From: Amphiscolops sp. MND2022
Lineage: Eukaryota
Direction: 5' to 3'
NCBI GenBank assembly: GCA_964187785.1
Contig: OZ076409.1
Coordinates: forward strand, 93,932,001-93,996,000
Length of the DNA: 64,000 bases
Numbering within the stretch: position 1 is the first letter of the stretch; each line of letters opens with the position of its first letter. Below are positions 50,461 to 62,559 of the stretch, piece by piece. A program made the translations under genes and the position numbers. The notes under the pieces are model-generated. The model saw nothing but the letters and a program-made list of their open reading frames with translations, searched no databases and was not told the DNA's origin.

Positions 50461-51399
50461 TTTTCTGCTCGTACAATGATGCGATGAACTAGTTCGGTAT
50501 GCTACCGTCCCTCCTGGGGGACTCCCCGGGGTCCAGTGGGAACATCCCGCTTTTCGTTCATTGCCAGCACGCATACGCAATCGCATAGGCCACATGTGCC
50601 ACATTTGTATCTGGGCTGTCGTCTGTGTTTCAGTTGGTGTCGGTTCCGAGGGTCCGTTCGGGTGATCGGTTTGAATTTTCATACTTCGGGCACTGTTTTA
50701 CCCTTGGCTTTTTGCTGATGAGTCTTCTTCCGAGGTCTCCCCCTTCCCTTTTGATAGAAGGAGCGGTGGGTGGAGGTTGTGGTGACTTAACTGAAGGTAT
50801 AGATCCTGAGGGTGAAGATGGACGGGAAGATGGCACAGTAGAATCTTTTTCGCGATCCGGCCAAAGAGGAAAGTTGCTGAGGTAGGCGGTTAAGGAAGGT
50901 TGAGTCAGCAACGGAGCAGAGGTACCCATTGGGGAAAGCTCCGGAGTTTTATTTCACTGTGGTGAAGGTGAGCGCATTGGCTCATGATCGGAAAACAGTT
51001 GCGGGAGACCGCTGAGCATCGATACATCTGATAAAAGATCAGGTGCCGATGGGTCGGTGATTGCTTCAGGATGGGGTTGGGTATGAATTTGATGTGGGGA
51101 GTAGGTGGGGATGGGAACCATCTCGTCATGCGTCTCTTCGTCTGTGTCGGAAGTGGAGTAGTCGAATTGCTGGTAATGCTGTCGGGTTCCTCCAGCGCGC
51201 AGCTTTGTGCGCAATCGAGTGTCCATCCAGTGACGCTGACGAGAAGGTAACGAAGCATTCGAAGCCTCTGAAAGCAGTTGCTAAGATTTATAGGAAAGTT
51301 TGGAACAGTCAACATTAATAGGTTCTATGTAGTGTTCAGGCTCCGGGTCTTCTATGGAGTATTCAGGCTCCGGGTCCATGACCACGGCTACGTCGCCGG

Positions 51400-52785
51400 T
51401 ATCAAGCGGAGTGGCGACAAATTCAAGGGTGCCACTATTATGCGGTTTGAGACGCTCAAAGTGGACCTTTTGACCTGTGTCAAGGATGTAAACTCGTCCA
51501 TCTTATAAGGTGTGCGCCACGCAGTTGGGAGAACCTTTTTGGGGAACATACCGACAGTAAACCAATACTAAATCGCCTTTCGGGTAGGCTTTGGCCCTTA
51601 TTGCGCGATCGTATTTAAGCTTTTGTCGCAGCTGAGCTTGGTGTGTGTTTCTATGCACCAGGTCATGAATTGCCTGTTGGCGTGCCAACACATGGTCTAC
51701 ATACGCATCATGTGTAGGAAAAGACTGAGTGGCAAACTCAGGGTACAAATATGTAAGATGTATTGCCTTTTCTGTGCCCCGGGTTAACATATAGGGTGAA
51801 AACCCTGGGGTTGCACGGCGCCAAGGTCGTCATCCAGGTGCTGGTCCCAGTCGCGCATTCGACGCGAACAGAAAACACGTAATAATGTGAGCAAAGTACG
51901 GTTTTGGCGTTCCACTAAGCCTTGCGTACGTGGATGGCCAGCTGTGGAGGTTACCTTTGTGACCTGAGAGGCCTTCATGAATTCATTGGAAACTTCCGCC
52001 GTAAGATTCGGAGCATTGTCCGATTGCATCCGGGTGGGTGTATCATGGCGAGCGAACCACTTCTGAAGCAATAATCGGGAGGTCGTGATGGCGTCATATT
52101 CGTCATGAGTACAAGGGATAGCTTCGGCGAATTTCGAGAAATGGTCAATTATGACCAAGATCCCGGTATTACCGTCATCAGTGGGACAAACTTTCATGTG
52201 ATCATATTGCACCAACTCATTAAAATATCCACTTTGAATGTTTTTGAGGTGGAAGCGTACGTCTCCAGGTTTGTCTCTGACCTGTTGGCACGTGAGACAC
52301 ACGTTGACGTATTCGCCCACTGTGCGGCGTATCCCAGGCCAGATATGGCGTTCTTGTATGCGAGCCACTACCTTGCTAATGCCTTGGTGTCCCATGGCAT
52401 CATGTGCACGAAAAAGGATCTCATGTTGGTACAACTGAGGTATCAAAATCATGCAGGGTCGCTCATGCAGCGGACGTTGTGAAGCCGGGTATTTCACGCA
52501 GAGAACACCGTTTGAGTTCAAGAACAGTACCTCCTTCTTTTGTTTGAAGTAGTTGCGGGCAAAAGTACGAACATCTTCCGGGAAGATGTCTTGATTTATG
52601 TCTTCTCCGTGGACTAGCCTTTTAATCGCCAGGATATGAACGTCCCGGTTCTGGGCCAATACCAGGTCCTTGATCCCGTGGACAGTGTCGGTATGTTTGT
52701 GAAGCTCAGTATTCACACTGCGAATGGCCGTTACTGCCTGCCTGATGTGGGTAGGCGCATGTGTTGCGCCTTCGATGTTAGCCAC
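51400..52785 (-). pseudogene. pol: Integrase of element 3
   Basis: HDAMGH..CLTC; QYDH, IIDHFSKF, QSDNA, GLVERQN; C-terminal KVHFERLKP. Confidence 0.93.
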
Positions 52786-53069
52786 GTCATAGGTGGTACG
52801 TGAGGCAATGTTGGTTGCATGCGTGGGCAGTAAGTAATCATGTCGAGCTTCTTCGGTGACATCTATTCAATCTTCTGGGTACTCAGGATAGAAGTCTTCG
52901 TGGGCGTGCAGGATGGGAGGTGGCGGTGAGGGTAGTGGACTAAGTAAGGCTTTGGTCCGCTTAGCCCGCCTCTTTGCTCATTTTGAATTCAAACGAATCA
53001 CGCTTTGAACCAGATCAGGGGGATTTGGTTGTAGATTCTTCAGGTGTATTGGTAACTCAGGATGATTGG

Positions 53070-54738
53070 GAATTACTCGTCCTTGCTGATCAAACCAGGG
53101 TGCGGTGGGGAGCCGTTCGTATTCGTCCTGGGATAGGAAAGTCCAACGCTCTGCAACTGATGGTAATTTTTCGAGCTGTCGTTCTCTCCATCGGCAATCA
53201 TTGGTGCGTTTGGACAAACCATCGGCATTGTCATGTTGCCTTCGTGGTCGATGTTCGACACAGAAATGGTTTTTTTCCAATGCCATGATCCATCTGCCAA
53301 TAAGAGCGTGATCCGTGGAATACGTTTTTAGTCATGAAAGTGCTTGATTATCCACTCTCAGCGTGAACTTTCGTGGACACAAGTAACTGTGGTTTTTGAG
53401 GATGAAATGATATGCCGCGTCCATTTCTAGCTTCGGTGCTCCGTATTTGGCTCGGATGGCAATAAATTTTTTGCTGCCATACACGATTGGGCGTAGGAGC
53501 CTTTCTCCTGGTGGGCCCTGCCACTGATGAAGAATGGCTGAAATTGCAACAGCACTGGCATCAGTGTCCAGCACAAATTCTCCTTTGGAATCCGGTTACG
53601 CCAGAGCGGTGGCATCGATAAGTGCTTTTTTTATTTCGTTGAAAGCCAATTGTTGTTCCGTTCTCCAAGCAAAAGTGGCTTTGATGCCGGTGATCGCATG
53701 CAGGGGAGCCACCAACTTGGCGTGCCAAGGAATAAACTCACGGTAAGAGTTGGCGAAGCCTAGAAAGCTTTGCATCTCTCTTTTGTTACGCGGGATTTTC
53801 CAGTCACGTAGCTTCGAGACAGCCTTGGGATACGGCTTTATTCCTTCTGCTGACACTACGCGTCCAAGATACTTGATCTCAGACTTCATAAAGTCGCATT
53901 TAGCAACTCTCATTTTGAAGCCGGATTCTCGCAAGCATTCAAAAACCTCGCGAAGCCGTACCATGTGATCCTCCGTTGTTTCTGTGGCGATAACAATGTC
54001 ATCGATGTAGGCCATCACCATGCTACCTTCACGATTCACGATCTTACGTAGGGCCCGTGCTATTGCTCTTTGGAAGGTGGCAGAGGCATTGCACATCCCG
54101 AAGGGCTTGCGTCGCCATTCAAACCGTCCTAGCTCGCAGGCGAAGGCAGTTTTTTGACGGTCGGCTTTTCGGACACGGATTTGCCAGAAAGCCCAAGCTA
54201 GGTCTAAACTGGTGTAGATTTTAGCTTTGCCCAGCCTGGCGAGGCTTTCATCTATCCGAGGCAATGGGTACGCGTCTTTGACGGTGACTTCGTTCAAAGG
54301 ACGGAAATCACAACAAAAGCGTAACTCGCCATTCTTTTTATTGACCATGACTATCCCACTTGCCCAAGGTGACAGGGAGGGTTGAATCATACCCAATGCG
54401 AGCAAATTACGTACCTCCTGATTAGCACGTTCTGCCTTTTCAGGGGACATACGTCTTGCTTCCTCACGGTGGGGTACTGCGCTTGGTTCTAGTTCAACGG
54501 GGTGTTTGGCTATGGTGCATCGACCAATGTGCGCCTTGTGTTTCATGAACAAATCGTCAAATTCGGGCAAAATGTTTCCTAATGAGGCGCTGGCCTTGGG
54601 ACCCCATCGGTTTCTGGACCTCTTTAAGCTGTGATTCAGGTCCTTGCACTGGAGCCAAGAGTTCGGGATCCGTACGCTTACGTACCTCACGTTCTGAAAG
54701 ACCTTCCTTGGTAGGGTCTGTTGAGGACAAAAACTCAA
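53070..54738 (-). pseudogene. pol: Reverse transcriptase + RNase H of element 3
   Basis: LRFCCDFRPLN, LDLAWAFWQ, PFGMCNA, YIDD, YLGRVV; LDTDASAVAI, RVDNQAL, HDNADGLS. Confidence 0.95.
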
Positions 54739-54799
54739 ACTCAGAAGAAGAAGTTAATTGTGAATCAGTATCGTAATTCATCTCTTCATAAATTTTGTT

Positions 54800-56040
54800 A
54801 ACAAACGCAAATTGGTCATTATCGACCTGAGTTCGTAAAACTGGTTTGGTTGCAGATTGTTGTGGAATGGCTCGATAGACCAATGACACAGGAACCACGT
54901 TACCCAGCTGAGTTCCCTTTCGTATCCGTTATCCGTTGTGGGTTACTGGTCAGGTGTAGCACGCTGACAAAAACATGGCCTGTTTCACTGACAGTGGCAA
55001 CGCTGTCCTCTAAAAACACAATGTTTTGCAGCGATGTGTCGGCTATTACCGCATTCAACATCACAATTTGGAATATCAACGGTTCAAGGTCGTCAGTGAC
55101 CACTTTCGCTTTGACCACTGTTCCTTCAAATGGCTGCAGAACCAAATCGCTATCTAAAGCAACAGAAGTGGCTACGGAAGGATCACCTACCTGTGTATGT
55201 GCATGATGCCAGACAGGTTTCACTGGCGCGCGGACCAATATCTTCATGGAGGTCAGATCCACGAGCACCTGATAGGTTCGGAGGAAGTTACGACATAGTA
55301 GGAAGTCTTCTACGCCCATGGCATCATCCACTACGACGGAATTGGTTTCAATTTGGTAGCCTCCTAACAGGAAGCGGATCTGCTCTGCCAATCCAAAGGT
55401 CTTGATTGTTTTGCCGTTGGCGGCATACAAATCCATTTGGTACGGTTTCAGTACAGTGCCTGTTTGGGCAGCTATACGGTTGAAAGCTGAAAAGGTTAGA
55501 ATAGATACGCCAGAGCCTGTGTGGACAAGGCCTCGCAAAAGGATTGGTGCCGCCTGCGGCACAACGAAGGAGACTACAAGTGAGGCACGCTCGTCTATCC
55601 GTGCCTCACCAGTAGGTTCTTGATGATTAATGTTGTAACACTTGAGTTCCTACGCACTCAAGCAGTTTCCAGGAGGAGAGACGTCCACCACTACACAGGC
55701 CTCGAACATTACATCGACTCCATCCATGGTGGCGCAGATGGGCACGGGAGAATAGGTTGTGAGTGTGTCAGAGTCCCCTGGGGCGTACCATTCCTTGGGA
55801 CGGGGTATTTCCACGCGTTTGTATAAGGTTTGTAGTTCGACCCACAGTTTGGCTAACGTTAATGTTGGCCGACGCTGTTGTTCTGCAGCCAACATTAGGT
55901 GAATAGAGATCAACGTTCGTCCCTGGGGGTCGAACGTGGTTGGCTCAAGACAAGTTTGGACCTGCTTTGCGCCGCAGGTGATAGTCAGCGGAGTGTAGAA
56001 CGCAGGTGGTTCCGCTGGGTGTAGCATTAGCACGCGGTCG
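54800..56040 (-). pseudogene. Protease region of element 3 (LVHTGSG retropepsin, preceded by a possible degenerate second copy)
   Basis: GLVHTGSGVSIL..LYAANGKTIKTFG..DFLL.RNFL is a retropepsin with D>H at the active site. Confidence 0.75.
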
Positions 56041-56139
56041 TCCTCTAATGGCACCGTTTGGGCAGCAACCCCGGCCGACTCTACTTCTACCCAGCGACTG
56101 TGAGCAAGTTCTTTGTTTGGAATCACAAGATTTCCAGTG

Positions 56140-58688
56140 CACGGTGAGTCAACATGGTCGAAGATGCCACAGTGAGCGCATTGGCGAATTCCAAGATAGT
56201 TGTCCAGAATCCCATCAGTCACGTCCTCAGCAGTTATTTTTACATCTTCTGGTTCGGGCACAACTGCAGGTTTGCGAGCTTGGTCGCGATTGCGGCAATC
56301 TCGAGCGAAGTGGCCAGTCTGACCACAGTTGAAACAAGCGCCTATTGGAAGGCGTGCTACAGGTGGTGCTGCCGCCGCTTTTGCTAGGGCGTTGTACACG
56401 AGGGGGTAGAACCCCTTGAGGAAACACCATCTGGTTGGGTGGTAGCGGTGCAAAGGGATGCGGCCTTGATCTCATGGCATATTTGGGATCATACGGTACA
56501 GACTTAGGTCTAGTACGTTGCAATTGTCGGGTTGTGAATCGCAAGGATTCAACCGTAGGAGGTTCGCTAAGAGTGGTCTCAGACGCATAGATGATGGACA
56601 GTTCCCTTCGTAGGACGGGATCACGAATACCCTCAATAAAGCGCTGGAGGATTTCGTAACGTTTGGTTGTGACGGGCTCTTTAGGAAACCCTTGGCTTCG
56701 AAGTCCTTCCAGGGCGTCCAAATACCGCATCCAGTCTTCCCTGTCGGATTGCTGCCGGGTGGTGAAGGCCTGGCGCACCTGCATGCGGTTGCCTCGAGTT
56801 CCAAATCGACTAGCTAATAATTCGAATACTTTTTCAGGGGTGTCCCTTTCGCACTCGGCTTTATTGATAATGTAATTGCGACCTTCCAAGTGTCCGATGA
56901 TACTCCAAGCTTTATCATCGGGGGTTGCCTTGGCTTGCGTGCGCTGTAAATAACGCCGCATCACGAGGATCCAACCATCAATGGAACCTTCCTTGGATCC
57001 CCTATAGACGCTCTCTATAGAGGCTTAGCTTGCGTTTGGTCACGTCCAGCCAGCAAAGTTGCCAGTTCTTTGGACATTGCCTTTGAAATGGCGGCTGTGA
57101 ATCGCAGCTGCTCTGGGGATATTACTTCCTCTTCCTCACTAGGGGCTGGAGAATTATCTTCACTGCCTCTAGTGGCTTGCACGGATATTTCACCATTCGC
57201 ATTATCTCTCTGGCGAGTACTGCTGGCACAAGGCTTGCCTGTGAGCATTCCTTCGCTCGCAGTCAAGAACAGTGAATTGGTTCCAGTCCTCACCCTGGCG
57301 GTAGCGTAGACTTCGTCCTCTGTGCTGCTAGTGTGTGAACCAGCAGTTGCCCTGGTGTCGGTCAAGTCAAGAGTCGACAATAATATAATCGGCATTGGGT
57401 CTACTCCCTGATCCCGGGTTTGGGTCTGCGACGTCGCCGGTGGTATTGAGGTGTCACTGAGTGAGTTGGGCATGCATACGTGCACTTTTGTGGTTTTCTT
57501 ATTTATTGGTGGTGGTATGACTACTTTTGGTTGCATTTTGGGGCTTGACTTCAGCGTTATTGTCGGGTTGGGGGTGCGCATAGGCACCATCTTACTCGTG
57601 GATGCAATAGGTTCTGCAGTTTCAGTGTGCTCTGTCTCAAGGGTCCTTGTGTGAGACACACTTGTGGGTGCTCCACTTTGAGTGCGTATCTGATCACTGA
57701 GTTCACCCAGTCGTGCTTCCACGCGGAGTTCGCGCTGGAGAAATAAGTCCTTCATTTCCTCCAATCGACAGCCCATGTCGTCTACTTTCGTAGCTTGCAC
57801 TGTGGTTCGCTGGGTCGCGCTCCTCAGGCTACCTTTCACGGAGTCCTGCAGGCCTTCCAATTCTGCAGTCATGACCTTGTGTTGTTCATTGCATTCGGCA
57901 CGGGTATCGGCCAGACGTGCTAAGGCTCGTTGGGCTTCAGTTTCCGCTTGCAACATTGCAGTCCGTGCAGCAGCGGCTTCCTCAACAGCCCGATAGGCCG
58001 AAGACCTTCGTGATGAGGTAGTGGACGTGGCACCGTCGCGAGCTAACTCGTCCTGCACACACAGTGTTAGAGGACGCGTTTTTTGCTTGCCAGAGGTTTT
58101 CGCTCGACATAATTCAGGCGGTACTCAGCATAATTCATTCCACCGACATAAGTCATGCCTTTCAAGATTGCATCGGTATCCTTACTAGCTGGGCTGTCGT
58201 TGTCTTTGGGTGTTCCAAAACACCCAATGCGCACAGGGGTCACCTCCACGGCCGTTTGGTTGGAGTTGGGTCACGGCCATTCGATGCTAACTCACCTCTG
58301 TTGTCTTGGATCCATTGTCCTGTGCGGATAAGTTCTTCCGATAGGGGTGAGTTCAAGGCCACAGCATTCTGCTCTTCTCGCCGTTGCTGATCGGCAGTAA
58401 CACAGTCATTCATTGCTTCCGAAAAGGGGAACCAGTCGATAATGACTTCGTAGGTGGCCATTCTCTCAGACTCACCTGACTTATAGTGTCTGAACTTTCG
58501 CGTTGGGTCGAGCTTATCTCTTGCAGTTCGCTCGAATCGGTAGCGTCAGACGCACTGGGTTCGCTACCTTCCTCCGTGCTATGCGTGAACAGTCGAACCA
58601 GGGTTGCTACGCCCGCCCAGAACATGATGCTTCCTCTATTGATCCAAGATACTTCACAAGATGATGCACCAGTATCTCCAGTTTCCAC
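56140..58688 (-). pseudogene. gag: Long gag of element 3 (N-terminal extension, coiled coil, capsid-like core, zinc knuckles); 5' boundary uncertain
   Basis: F..RQQSDREDW..YLDAL..L, QRFIEGIRD; CFNCGQTGHFARDC and CAHCGIFDHVDSPC. Confidence 0.8.
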
Positions 58689-61219
58689 TCACTGGGCCGT
58701 ACTGCCGTTCGTCCGTACCTACTTCTCGAAGCGTTGCCGAAATGACAAGCGTCCAACTCGACTACGAGGTGTCCTGAGGCCACCCAATCCGTTCCCAGGG
58801 GCCACGGAAATGTATAGGACTATGTTAGGCCTCCAGTCGTCTCGGTGTGGACTTAAGCAATTTTCATATACAGAACGCCTCGCAAAAGTCAAAATTGCTT
58901 TCAAGGGCCGTAGCTGGCTCAAAATCACACACGTAGTAGGTTTTCACACACAAGTCCGGAAAACGAACTCAGATCGGGTTTAAACTATCTATAAAACGGT
59001 CAGGAAGGGTTTACAACAGTTTTTGACTTTTCTCGAACAAGGTTAAAAATAACACAAGTGGCACGTATTCGTCACTCAAGGGTCGGATTTGGCTCAAAAT
59101 TGACCAAAAGATCCTACACACACGTAGGTACACGGAATTGAGGACCGATTTAGGCTTCGAGGCCTGTACACTGTTTCACTTTGGTACAGACGTGCGGTAC
59201 TCCTATGTAAAAGTAGGGGTCAAAATTCACTCTAATCACACAATTTCTGAGCACTGGTTGCAGTCAACGGTCTGGTTTTTCCGCTAGAAGTGTGCCAAAT
59301 AGTATCAGTTGCGTTGGTGAGCAATAAACTGTTCTCACTCTCCGGCTAAGGTCACCGGGTCTTCCCAAAAAAATTCGAAAAAACGGCCTTTTTTGGGCCT
59401 GTTTTTATGCAAAACGTTCCCGTCAATTTCTCAACGAACACTGCACCGATCGGCACGAAACTTGATACACGTTCCCAGTGGGCACCCAAAATGCTGGTAT
59501 CACAGCTCAATGGAAGCTCTCGAGTTTACCGGGAACTTGGGCTAGCCGTGGACACGATCTTAGAAAAAACGGTCTTTTTTGACACTTTTTCACAAATCGG
59601 CTAAGAGGATCGACACTACAAATGTTACGGCAGGGTCAGTGGGGTTAACGCGTTGCCCCACTAATCACAGCACTGCCACAAGCCCTCAATCAGCCGTGCC
59701 CGTTAGGTATAAGGCACTGTCGGTCCTACAGTTTTAGAAATTTTCGGCTAATTTAGCTCCTTCTGATGTCAGAACGTCAGAGAGCTTTTCTCCACTTTGG
59801 TTAGCGCTAGGCTCACCAAATTTTCGGCACTAGCGTTTATTTTGGCGGTGGTTACGAAAACGCAACCAGTTTTTAGCTAGGGCTCGGGAATCAATGACCC
59901 GACCCTAACAATTGGACAGTCCGGTTTTGTGGAAACTTGGCCAAATTCAGTGCGTTTTTCTACTTTTCTCAGCACTGAATGGGAATTTTTGCATGCGGTT
60001 TTCACCACAATGCGTTATTTTTATTATAAAAACAGAAAATAAGAGCTTCTAGGCTCTGAAGGTTGATTTAACGTTTGGTTAACAGGGTTTTTCACACTAT
60101 ACTCTACAAGGGTCAAAAACAGTCGAAATTGCAAGAATTTCACCTTTTTCTGGTCTTTATACCAGTCAATCGATCAGCAAAAGCTATTTCCAGTACCCTG
60201 GGATTGTGATTCACCCGAGAAACTCCTTTACAACAGTGCGCCAGGCTTCTACACCTAGGTGCCATAGTGATTTTAGGATGTTTTCCACCCGTTTTCCCAA
60301 TTTTCGCGCTTTTTTACTGCAAATTTTCACTCTTTCGCCTAAAAGGGTTACGGGAACCTTTGAGCATTATTTTTCTCAGTTCCCCCACGGTTCGAGGCTA
60401 CTTTTGCCACCATACTGACATTGCTAACTTGGATTTATGAAGTGCCTAGACTCCAACCAAAAAATGCTCGAAAAACACGAAAATTTATCCTTTTTTAACA
60501 TAATCTCCGTTTTCTTCGCTCAAAAGAGTTCCATTGGGTGACGTTACATTGCAAAAAAGAGTCACTGACCTGCACCAACGATTACGCATGAAAAAAGGTG
60601 CAATCTCAAAATTTCAGCGAACCATAATCCATCTGGGCGACATTGCTGGTCCCAGGGGTTGCATCTTCGCCACGCAATTTCTCCGTGTCCAGACCAGCTA
60701 GAGACCTGCGGTTTGGACCATTAGCTTCGTTAGGAGTTGATCTCTCTGTCCACTAAATTTCACCCCTCGCGGACGTCTCCACGAGAAATGGGAATCGACG
60801 AACCCAGACACTCCATTTCGCATCCCCTTCGCCCTGGTGGAGTATGGATTGTCGCTCATCGGTACCTGTCTTACATGGCTCAAAAAGCTGAAAATAACTG
60901 CAAATAACTGTTAACACACGTGGCCACGTGCCATGAAGGCCAATACCTGTAAAACAAATACCCGCTGATAGGCTGACATAACATGACATTCGAACACATG
61001 CATTTACGGTTTTTTCAACCTCAAAATGACATTTTCGAACCTGAAAAAGCATTTTCTTTGGGTTTTCTGGGTCTCCTTCGTTCCTGCGGCCAAGAATACA
61101 TGCAATCGGTTAAAATAGGAGCAAAACTCTGGCTTCTCCTTCAGAGTCGAAACTGTCTTGGCGCTGAACACCGGAGGGTCAGATATTTTAAAACCATGCA
61201 GGAAAGCTTCCCAAAGACG

Positions 61220-61237
61220 ATCCCTCTGTGGTCGCCA
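61220..61237 (-). other. Primer binding site (tRNA-Arg-like), 16 nt from the LTR
   Basis: Plus strand ATCCCTCTGTGGTCGCCA resembles the ..TCCCTTCGTGGTCGCCA 3' end of metazoan tRNA-Arg(UCG). Confidence 0.65.
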
Positions 61238-61253
61238 AAAAAGGATGTTCCTA

Positions 61254-61987
61254 TGTAACGAAAACCGCTTAGCGTTTATCCGCTACGCAGGGCCGAGGAA
61301 TTGAAGCCATAGGTAATGATCCGGGACTGATCGCCATGATTCCAGTTCATTTTTTCCTCCCAGGGAGTGCCGGTCCCGAGAAGGGAGAACCGTCTCTAAG
61401 GATGCTTTCTGACCGGTTCCGGTCTGTAACTGCTACTAGTCACATGAAATACGCTTTTTTTCTCGTATCAACTGTGTAAATAGCCTGTAAAAATTGGGTT
61501 AAGCTGCATAGAACTGAATTAAATGGTCCAGATGGAAATCCATCATCAATGACATTAACATTAACAGAGGTAGCTCTCGAGTAAAGAATTCATCAAACAA
61601 TTAAGTAACACATCAAAGAGGCACGAAAACCCAGTTTGGCAATTCTAAAATCACTCTGGGTGGCATGGCACTGGTTCTTAGGTTCGACACAACCCTGGGT
61701 CCGGGCGCTGCAATCACTCGGACATGCTGATTCCGTCTGATTTTCGATGGATACCATGGGAATTAGCGCATAGGCTTACGATTTTTCAATTTCGTGACGT
61801 TGTACGCACTTCTCTTGTCGTTGTGTCACTTTCTTCCGCTTCGCGGGCCTCGTTGATCCACGCTCTCTATAATTTCGCGGGACTGGTACTTCGTGAACAC
61901 ATGTTTGAGGGCCACGTCACTTTTGAACGAAATTTTTAGAAAATCGTCAAACTTCGAAAATTTCGTCGGTCACAGGGTGCCGCTACA
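61254..61987 (-). repeat. 5' LTR of element 3 (734 bp)
   Basis: TGTAACG..CGCTACA; repeat of 43149-43873 with +5 and +4 bp indels. Confidence 0.95.
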
Positions 61988-62055
61988 TGGAGTGAGAAGC
62001 CACTATTAACAGGCCGTGATTTACAATGGGGAAAACGAATCAAAACACAATATGT

Positions 62056-62427
62056 AACAAGCCGGGACCGGCCCAAGTCGGCGCCATGTCTAAGGCTCAA
62101 AAATAGCAAAAGGACATCAAACTATTGGTGAATTGGGGACCATTTTATGCGAAAAAAGTTTTTGAAAAAAGTCTCACAACGCCGAAAAAACTGAAAAGGA
62201 GGACCCTCAGGTCTTGTCCGGTATTGTATGTTACGCGGGAAAACTTTTTGGTTCAGTTCCTTAGTACAAGTACAATTTGGCGTCTCCTTAAAATTTTGTA
62301 GAACTTTTGGGGTAGAACTATTTTGGTCACTTCAGGTGTATCGAAAAAAATTAAAAAATAAAAAAAACATTGACGATAAACCATGACTATAGTCGACTCT
62401 CTTCTCTAGAAACGCGCCGACTAAAAA
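62056..62427 (+). mobile_element. Family A-related Helentron/DINE-like repeat
   Basis: Head aacaagccgggaccggcccaagtcggcgccatgtctaaggctcaa; tail agtcgac..gcgccgactaaaaa. Confidence 0.65.
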
Positions 62428-62559
62428 GACACATTGTTATCAAAAGAAAACATTGTTCCTATCCTCGTTTATTCATTTTCCTAGGGGCCACGGGCTTATA
62501 CCATAGCTCAGTGATGCCCCGCCAGCTCTCTCCTCAGATTGCCGGGGCTCTCAGTTACA

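Larger units (their letters stand above)
43149..61987 (-). mobile_element. Giant (18.8 kb) decayed Ty3/Gypsy LTR retrotransposon with extra domains and ORFs (element 3)
   Basis: TG..CA LTR pair, PPT, PBS-like site, gag-PR-RT-RH-IN order, long additional coding region on the same strand. Confidence 0.92.
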
